Below, in pieces: positions 57,359 through 64,000 of a DNA stretch of 64,000 bases. Under the pieces are notes generated by a model. That model worked only from the letters and a program-made list of their open reading frames with translations, ran no database searches and was not told the origin of the DNA. How positions within the stretch are numbered: the stretch's first letter is position 1; the number at the start of each line of letters is the position of its first letter. The stretch is from an uncultured bacterium (GTDB taxonomy: Bacteria; Deinococcota; Deinococci; Deinococcales; Trueperaceae): positions 24,633-88,632 of the forward strand of contig CAZFAQ010000002.1 of the NCBI GenBank assembly GCA_964517055.1. The letters run 5' to 3'. The position numbers and the translations under genes are program-made.

Positions 57359-60336
57359 ACGCGACCGGAGGAGAAGACAGGGGCGACTTCTCGCACCTGC
57401 GAGAGAAGCTCTCTGGCCAGGAGGGCCCTGCCTACTGGCGCAGCCTGGGTGAGCTGACCCAGACGGACGAGTTCAGGGAGTTCCTGCACAAGGAGTTCCC
57501 GCGGCAGGCGGCTCCCCTGGACAACGGCCTTCACCGCCGCGACTTCCTCAAGCTGCTCGGCGCCAGCATGGCGTTGGCCGGCCTCTCCGCCTGCGCAAGG
57601 CCGCCCCTTCCGCACGAGAAGATCGTGCCGTACGTCAGGGCCCCACAGGAGATCACGCCTGGCAAGCCGCTCTTCTACGCCACCGCCGTCACCTACGGCG
57701 GCTACGCCGAAGGCGTGCTCGCCGAGAGCCACCAGGGCAGGCCGACCAAGCTCGAGGGCAACCCCGACCACCCGGCCAGCCGCGGTGCGACCGGCGCCGT
57801 CACCCAGGCAGAGGTGCTCGGCGTCTACGACCCCGACCGGTCAGGCGACGTCCTAGAGGGCGGCGAGGAGCGGCTGTGGGAAGACTTCGCCACGGCCCTC
57901 AACGAGACCGTCGCGGCGCTGCCCGGGGGGCAGGGCCTTGCGATCCTCACGGAGAACGTCACCTCACCAACCATGGGGTCTCAGCTCCAGCAGGTGCTCA
58001 CGGCGTTTCCTGAGGCGGCCTGGTACCAGTGGGACCCGCTACACCCGGACAACGAGGTAGCCGGGGCGCGCATGGCGTTCGGGGCCGACGTGCGGCCCGT
58101 CTACGACCTGACCCAGGCCGACGTGATCGTCTCTCTGGGCGCAGACTTCCTCGACAGCGGCCCCGGCCGGTTGGCGTACGCGCGTGACTTCGCGCAGCGC
58201 CGGCGCGTCCTGAGCGCCGAGGACACCATGAACCGCCTGTACCAGCTGGAGAGCAGCCCGTCTCCTACGGGGGTAGTAGCCGACCACAGGGTGGCGCTCA
58301 AGCCATCGGACATCGCCGCCACGGCCGCGGTGCTGGCCGCCCGCCTGGGCGTTCAGGCGCCCGACGCCGCACTCCCGGCCGGCCTCTCCCAGGCCCTCCT
58401 TGACGCGATGGTCGCGGACCTGGAGGGCGGCTCCGCCGTCGTCATCGCAGGCGACGAGCAGCCCCCGGTCGTGCACGCGCTGGCCGCGGCCATCAACGAC
58501 GCGATCGGCGCCATCGGAACCACGGTCACGTACGTGAGCAGCCCGGCCGTGCGCCCGGCCGTTCACGGCGAGGAGATCGCCAGTCTCACAGCGGCCATGC
58601 GCGCCGGCGAGGTGCATGCCCTGCTCGTGCTCGGCGGCAACCCTGTCTACTCGGCGCCGGTCGACCTGGGCTTCGCCGAGGCCCTGGCTCAGGTTCCGTT
58701 CAGCGCTCACCTCGGGCTCTACCGAGACGAGACGGCTGCCGGATGCACCTGGCACGTACCGCAGGCGCACCTGCTAGAGGCCTGGGGCGACGCGCGCGCG
58801 TTCGACGGCACCGTGTCCATCCAACAGCCGCTGATCCTCCCGTTCTACGGCGGGAAGACCGCCCACGAGGTCCTCTCCGTCCTACTGGGCGAAGACGACG
58901 CGAGCTCGTACGACGCCGTTCGTGGCTACTGGCAAGGGCGGGTCAGCGGCGACTTCGACGACTTCTGGCGCGAGAGCGTCTTCCGGGGTGTCGTGGCCGG
59001 CACCGCTGCCGCCGCAGAACAGGTGAGCGCGGCGGCGGTCGACGAGCCACTGCCGACCAGCGCAGACGTCGAGCTCGCCCTCTTCCTCGACCACGCGCTC
59101 CTCGACGGCCGGTACGCGAACAACGGCTGGCTACAGGAGCTGCCGCGGCCGATCTCGAAGCTGACATGGGACAACGCGGCCCTCGTGGCGCCGCGCCTGG
59201 CCGAGAGCCTGGGTGTCGATACGGGCGACGTCATCACCCTCACGGTAGGTAGCCGGAGCGTAGACGCTCCGGTGTTCGTCCAGCCAGGCCAAGCGGAGGG
59301 CGCCATCAGCCTGGCTCTCGGCTTCGGCCGCACCGCCGCGGGAGCGGTGGGTAACGGCGTCGGCGTGAACGCCTACGCCGTGCGCACGCAGGCCGAGCCC
59401 TGGTCGGCGCCGGTGCAGGTCTCGCGCGCGGGCCGCCGCTACAAGCTCGCCACCACCCAGGACCATCACGCCCTAGAGGGCACGGGTGAGGCGCGGCACA
59501 TCGTCCGCGCAGGCACGCTGACCGAGTTCAGGAACGAACCAGACCACCCGCACTTCGCCCACCCGCTCGCCCACCACGACGAGGACCTGTACCCCGACTT
59601 CACGTACGAGGGCTACAAGTGGGGGATGGTCATCGACCAGACGGTCTGCACCGGCTGCAACGCCTGCGTGGTGGCCTGTCAGGCGGAGAACAACGTGCCC
59701 ATCGTCGGCAAGGACCAGGTCGCTATCGGGCGCGAGATGCACTGGCTGCGCGTCGACAGTTACTACGGTGGCTCGCTCGACGACCCAACCTTCTTCGCTC
59801 AGCCGATGCCGTGCCAGCAGTGCGAGAAGGCTCCGTGTGAGCCCGTCTGCCCTGTCGGCGCCACCGTGCACGACTCCGAGGGCCTGAACGTGATGGTCTA
59901 CAACCGATGCGTCGGGACCCGCTACTGCTCGAACAACTGCCCTTACAAGGTGCGCCGGTTCAACTACCTTCAGTACGCGGAGCTCGACACCGCGGCCACC
60001 CCGCTCACCCTCGCCAACAACCCTGACGTGACGGTCCGCAGCCGTGGCGTTATGGAGAAGTGCACGTACTGCACGCAGCGCATCTCCAAGGCGCGCATCG
60101 AGGCCGCCAACGAGGACAGGCGCATACAGGACCTCGAGGTCGTCACCGCCTGTCAGGCAGCCTGCCCGACCGAGGCGATCGTCTTCGGTGACCTCAACCT
60201 TCAGGGAAGTGCCGTGAACCGCCTCAAGGCCTCACCGCTCAACCACACGTTGCTCGAAGAGCTCCAGACCTTCCCGCGCACCAGCTACCTCGCGAAGGTG
60301 ACGAACCCGAGTCCGAGCATCGAAGGGAACGCCTGA
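57355..60336 (+). CDS. actB: Alternative complex III subunit ActB (fused molybdopterin-oxidoreductase-like and 4Fe-4S modules)
   Basis: Tat-like RRDFLKLLGASMALAGLSAC. C-terminal Cys clusters CTGCNACVVAC, CQQCEKAPCEPVCP and CSNNCPYKVRRFN. The start is taken as ATG 57355 in an ATGA overlap; the alternative is ATG 57337. Confidence 0.85.
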   Translation: MNATGGEDRGDFSHLREKLSGQEGPAYWRSLGELTQTDEFREFLHKEFPRQAAPLDNGLHRRDFLKLLGASMALAGLSACARPPLPHEKIVPYVRAPQEITPGKPLFYATAVTYGGYAEGVLAESHQGRPTKLEGNPDHPASRGATGAVTQAEVLGVYDPDRSGDVLEGGEERLWEDFATALNETVAALPGGQGLAILTENVTSPTMGSQLQQVLTAFPEAAWYQWDPLHPDNEVAGARMAFGADVRPVYDLTQADVIVSLGADFLDSGPGRLAYARDFAQRRRVLSAEDTMNRLYQLESSPSPTGVVADHRVALKPSDIAATAAVLAARLGVQAPDAALPAGLSQALLDAMVADLEGGSAVVIAGDEQPPVVHALAAAINDAIGAIGTTVTYVSSPAVRPAVHGEEIASLTAAMRAGEVHALLVLGGNPVYSAPVDLGFAEALAQVPFSAHLGLYRDETAAGCTWHVPQAHLLEAWGDARAFDGTVSIQQPLILPFYGGKTAHEVLSVLLGEDDASSYDAVRGYWQGRVSGDFDDFWRESVFRGVVAGTAAAAEQVSAAAVDEPLPTSADVELALFLDHALLDGRYANNGWLQELPRPISKLTWDNAALVAPRLAESLGVDTGDVITLTVGSRSVDAPVFVQPGQAEGAISLALGFGRTAAGAVGNGVGVNAYAVRTQAEPWSAPVQVSRAGRRYKLATTQDHHALEGTGEARHIVRAGTLTEFRNEPDHPHFAHPLAHHDEDLYPDFTYEGYKWGMVIDQTVCTGCNACVVACQAENNVPIVGKDQVAIGREMHWLRVDSYYGGSLDDPTFFAQPMPCQQCEKAPCEPVCPVGATVHDSEGLNVMVYNRCVGTRYCSNNCPYKVRRFNYLQYAELDTAATPLTLANNPDVTVRSRGVMEKCTYCTQRISKARIEAANEDRRIQDLEVVTACQAACPTEAIVFGDLNLQGSAVNRLKASPLNHTLLEELQTFPRTSYLAKVTNPSPSIEGNA

Positions 60337-61766
60337 TGGCCGTCACAACGGGCAAGGGACCGTTCGTGGAGACGAACCGCGTCATCGGCCCCGGACAGTC
60401 TTACGGCACCATCGACGACACCGTGCTGGCGCCGGTCCTCGTCGACGTCCAGAGGACCCCCCGCTGGTGGTGGATAGGGTTCGCCATCTCGCTGGCGTTC
60501 CTGGCCATGTACCTGACCTCGGTCGTGCACCTGATCACGACTGGCATCGGGATCTTCGGCAACAACATCCCGGTCGCATGGGGGATGCCGATCATCAACT
60601 TCGTCTGGTGGATCGGTATCGGTCACGCCGGCACGCTCATCTCGGCGGCGCTGCTGCTCTTCAGGCAGCCGTGGCGCACCACGATCAACCGCTTCGCCGA
60701 GGCCATGACGATCTTCGCCGTCGTGTGCGCCGGCCTCTACCCCATCCTCCACCTCGGCAGGCCGTGGGTCTTCTACTGGCTGCTGCCGTACCCGAACACG
60801 TTCGGGCTGTTCCCGCAGTTCCGCAGCCCGCTCGACTGGGACCTCTTCGCGATCGGCACCTACGCGAGCGTCTCGGTCCTGTTCTGGTTCATCGGCCTCA
60901 TCCCCGACCTGGCGAGCCTGCGCGACCGCGCCAAGGTGCCGTTCCAGCGCTTCCTGTACGGCATGCTCAGCCTCGGCTGGAACGGATCGGCGAAGGCGTG
61001 GCAGCGCTACCAGCGTGCTTACCTGCTCATCGCGGCGCTCTCGTTCCCGCTCGTGCTCTCGGTCCACAGCACGATCGCCATGGACTTCGCTGTGGCCCAG
61101 GTGCCCGGGTGGAACAACACGATAATGCCGCCGTACTTCGTTGCAGGCGCCGTGTTCGCCGGCTTCGCCATGGTGCTGATCCTGGCCATCCCGCTGCGGC
61201 GCGCGTACGGCCTAGGCAACCTCATCACGATGAGGCACCTCGACAACTCGGCGAAGCTCATGCTCGCGACCGGGATGATCGTCGTGTACGGGTACCTGAT
61301 CGAGATCTTCATCGCCTGGTACTCGGGCGTCGAGTTCGAGCGGTACATGATCTGGAACCGCATGTTCGGCGACCACGCTCAGTTCTTCTGGGCGCTGATC
61401 CTGTGCAACTTCGTTGCCATCCAACCGCTGTGGTTCAGGGGCGTCAGACAGAGTCCCATGGCGCTCTTCGTGATCTCGATAATCGTGTCCATAGGGATGT
61501 GGCTCGAGCGCTTCGTGATCATCGCAATCTCCATGACCAAGGACTTCCTGCTGTCATCGTGGGGCGACTACATCAGCACCTTCTGGGACTGGGCGCTCTA
61601 CCTCGGTAGCTTCGGGCTCTTCTCCACCCTGTTCTTCCTGTTCATCCGGCTACTGCCGTCCATCGCGACGGCCGAGACAAAGGAGACCGCCTACCACTAC
61701 AGCCACCAGAAGGTGGACCCTTACGAGGACGTCAGGGCACAGGTGTACCCGGAGGTGAGCGCGTGA
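60336..61766 (+). CDS. actC: Alternative complex III subunit ActC (NrfD/PsrC-like membrane quinol-interacting subunit)
   Basis: 476 aa polytopic membrane protein directly after actB (TGATG overlap). Confidence 0.8.
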   Translation: MAVTTGKGPFVETNRVIGPGQSYGTIDDTVLAPVLVDVQRTPRWWWIGFAISLAFLAMYLTSVVHLITTGIGIFGNNIPVAWGMPIINFVWWIGIGHAGTLISAALLLFRQPWRTTINRFAEAMTIFAVVCAGLYPILHLGRPWVFYWLLPYPNTFGLFPQFRSPLDWDLFAIGTYASVSVLFWFIGLIPDLASLRDRAKVPFQRFLYGMLSLGWNGSAKAWQRYQRAYLLIAALSFPLVLSVHSTIAMDFAVAQVPGWNNTIMPPYFVAGAVFAGFAMVLILAIPLRRAYGLGNLITMRHLDNSAKLMLATGMIVVYGYLIEIFIAWYSGVEFERYMIWNRMFGDHAQFFWALILCNFVAIQPLWFRGVRQSPMALFVISIIVSIGMWLERFVIIAISMTKDFLLSSWGDYISTFWDWALYLGSFGLFSTLFFLFIRLLPSIATAETKETAYHYSHQKVDPYEDVRAQVYPEVSA

Positions 61767-62335
61767 GCATCCTGTCTGTCAGGGACGGCGGCCGCGTGGC
61801 GCACCCTGAGAAGGTCCACGGCGTCGCCGCCCAGTTCGGGACCGTCGACGACCTGATGGCCGCGGCCGAGCGCGTGCGTGACGCCGGCTACACGAAGACG
61901 GACGCCTACACACCGTTCCCGGTCGAGGACTTAGACGAGGCCCTCGGCATGAAGCCGACGCGCATCGGCTGGATCGTTCTCGCGGCGGGCGTGCTCGGTG
62001 GCCTCGGAGGCTTCTTCATGCAGTGGTGGGCGAACACCACCTACTACCCGCTGGTCATCGGCGGCAAGCCGCTGAACAGCTGGCCGAACTGGATCGTCAT
62101 CATGTACGAGCTGACGATCCTCTCTGCCGCGTTCACGGCCGGCATCGGCATGATCCTGCGCAACGGCCTGCCGCGTGGCTACCACTCGATCTTCAACACC
62201 CCAGGGTTCGAGAACGCCAGCCGCGACAAGTTCTTCATCGCCATCGAGGCGAGGGACCCGCAGTTCGACCTGCGCCAGACCACGGCGTTCCTCGAGAGCC
62301 TCGGGCCGGAGCGCGTGAGCGAGGTGGAGGCGTGA
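61763..62335 (+). CDS. actD: Alternative complex III subunit ActD (DUF3341)
   Basis: 190 aa with two central TM helices. GTGA overlap with actC. The position in the operon fits ActD. Confidence 0.75.
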   Translation: MSILSVRDGGRVAHPEKVHGVAAQFGTVDDLMAAAERVRDAGYTKTDAYTPFPVEDLDEALGMKPTRIGWIVLAAGVLGGLGGFFMQWWANTTYYPLVIGGKPLNSWPNWIVIMYELTILSAAFTAGIGMILRNGLPRGYHSIFNTPGFENASRDKFFIAIEARDPQFDLRQTTAFLESLGPERVSEVEA

Positions 62336-62349
62336 GCGCCCAAGCTACG

Positions 62350-62943
62350 ATGACGCGTCGCGGTCGCGCGCTCCTGCTGCTCACGGCGTGCCTCACGCTC
62401 CTGCTCACGGCCTGCGGCCGCAACATGTTCGACCAGCCCAAGGTAGAACCGTTCGAGGCCTCCGCGTTCTTCGAGGACGGCGCAGGCATGCGCCTCCCGC
62501 CACCCAACGCTGTCTCACGAGAGGTCGGTGCCCTCGACCCTTCGTTCCTATCTGGGCAAGGCGACCAGGGCATGCTGACCGAGCTTCCCATAGCCCTCAC
62601 CATCGACGTTCTGCAGCGTGGCCAACAGCGTTTCGACATCTACTGTGCGCCGTGCCACAACTACAACGGCGACGGCACCGGCGCGGTCGTGCGCAAGGGC
62701 TTCCCGCAGCCGGCCTCGTTCGTCCACGAGCCCAGGCTCCTAACGGCGCCGGTCGGCTACTTCTACAACGCGATCACCAACGGCTTCGGCCGGATGCTCC
62801 CGTACGCCTCACGCATCGCGCCCGAGGACAGGTGGGCGATCTCGGCCTACGTGAAGGCGCTGCAGCTCTCGCAGAACGCCGATCCGGCCGACATCCCAGC
62901 GGGCGCCGAGGTGACCATGCCGAACACGGAGGCGGCCAGATGA
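62350..62943 (+). CDS. actE: Alternative complex III subunit ActE (monohaem cytochrome c lipoprotein)
   Basis: MTRRGRALLLLTACLTLLLTAC lipobox and a single CAPCH haem motif. An alternative GTG start at 62332 overlaps the actD stop. Confidence 0.8.
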   Translation: MTRRGRALLLLTACLTLLLTACGRNMFDQPKVEPFEASAFFEDGAGMRLPPPNAVSREVGALDPSFLSGQGDQGMLTELPIALTIDVLQRGQQRFDIYCAPCHNYNGDGTGAVVRKGFPQPASFVHEPRLLTAPVGYFYNAITNGFGRMLPYASRIAPEDRWAISAYVKALQLSQNADPADIPAGAEVTMPNTEAAR

Positions 62944-64000
62944 GCCTAGACGCTCACGACCACGCTCACGCCCGTACCGCCCTCGAGGCGCCCGCCCCCG
63001 ACACCGCCAAGCTGCAGACGATCGCTCTCGGCGTAGGTGTCATCGCGGTCATAGGCGGCGCGGTGCTTGGCTTCTTCGGCCAGGGCGGAGCCGCCGGCTT
63101 CTTCCAGTCGTACCTGATGGCCTACGTGTTCTGGCTGGGGATCTCGCTCGGCGCGCTGGTCCTGCTGTTCACGCAGCACCTAGCCGGCGGGCCGTGGGGG
63201 CCCCTGATCGCCAGGCCGCTCGAGTCGGCCACGACCGTCATCCCGCTGATGGCGCTACTCTTCGTGCCGGTGCTGCTCGGCGCGAGCGACCTGTACCCCT
63301 GGACGAACGCGGCGTACGTCGCCGAGAACCCGACCGTCGCTGCCAAGCAGGAGTACCTCAACCTGCCTTGGTTCATCGTGCGCAGCGTCGCCTACTTCGC
63401 CGTCTGGATCGGCGCCGCGATGCTCTACCGGCGTAGTTCTCTCGACCAGGACAAGTCCGCCGACACCGCCGGAACCATCGGCTACCGTCTGCGCAGCGCG
63501 GCTGGCTTGTGGTTCGTGTTCTACGTCCTCACGATGACCTTCGCCGCTTTCGACTGGGCGATGTCGCTGACGCCGCTGTGGTTCTCCGGGATCTACCCGA
63601 CGATCATCATGACCAGCCAGGCGATCACCGGGATCGCCTTCATGATCCTGATCATCACCTGGATCGCCAGCCGCAACGCCACCGTCGACGCCTTGCTCAC
63701 GCCCAGGCGCCTGCAGGACCTCGGCAACTTCCTGATGGCGTTCACGATGTTCTGGGCCTACGTCCAGGTGTCCCAGCTCATCATCCAGTGGAGCAACAAC
63801 GTCGCGGAGACAGCGAGCTGGTACGTCACGCGCTTCAGCCCAGAGTGGCTAGGTGTCTCGGCGTTCCTCCTGTTCTTCGGGTTCTTCGCTCCGTTCTTCA
63901 TCCTCTTCTCGCGCTGGGTCAAGCGGAAGAGGAGGGCGCTCGTGATGGTGGCCATATGGTCCCTTCTGATGCAGGCCCTCAACTACTTCTGGTTCCTCGC
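62940..64000 (+). CDS. actF: Alternative complex III subunit ActF (membrane subunit); the 3' end lies outside the window
   Basis: The ATG at 62940 overlaps the actE stop (ATGA). The frame stays open to the window end and encodes a polytopic membrane protein (MSLDAHDHAH...FVFYVLTMTFAAFDW...). It is not in the ORF track because no stop is reached. Confidence 0.75.
   Translation, partial: MSLDAHDHAHARTALEAPAPDTAKLQTIALGVGVIAVIGGAVLGFFGQGGAAGFFQSYLMAYVFWLGISLGALVLLFTQHLAGGPWGPLIARPLESATTVIPLMALLFVPVLLGASDLYPWTNAAYVAENPTVAAKQEYLNLPWFIVRSVAYFAVWIGAAMLYRRSSLDQDKSADTAGTIGYRLRSAAGLWFVFYVLTMTFAAFDWAMSLTPLWFSGIYPTIIMTSQAITGIAFMILIITWIASRNATVDALLTPRRLQDLGNFLMAFTMFWAYVQVSQLIIQWSNNVAETASWYVTRFSPEWLGVSAFLLFFGFFAPFFILFSRWVKRKRRALVMVAIWSLLMQALNYFWFL

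Overview
This is a very GC-rich, densely coding bacterial chromosome segment. I call about 61 protein genes and 2 tRNAs. I found no rRNA, CRISPR array, transposase or integrase. Most of the window is housekeeping. It includes futalosine-pathway menaquinone genes (mqnD, menG), typA, scpA, pyrD, ispG, dnaX-ybaB-recR, topA, recO, plsY, folC, trpS, hpt, glyQS, clpC-radA-PIN/TRAM, and a complete alternative complex III operon (actABCDEF, with actF running off the 3' end). The gene content fits a Deinococcota-like (Truepera-like) or Thermomicrobia-like organism, but I cannot assign the taxon from the sequence alone.

The clearest accessory region is about 11.3-18.5 kb. It holds a fused MacB/FtsX-type ABC transporter. 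One member of an unrecognised secreted-protein family is embedded in that operon, and a full-length paralogue is transcribed divergently. A Phd/VapB-like antitoxin gene sits in the first-cistron position. A small-protein plus nucleotidyltransferase pair and an RHH-MazF module are also present.

Two sequence-level patterns stand out. First, at least 21 genes have a TAnnnT box (often TGnTAnnnT) 5-8 nt upstream of the start codon. This implies widespread leaderless mRNAs and moves many starts away from those in the ORF track. Second, two internal operon genes can only keep their conserved N-terminal motifs if they start at a CTG that overlaps the upstream stop codon as CTGA.

Many long ORFs in the supplied track are alternate-frame or antisense artefacts of the GC content and are not reported.
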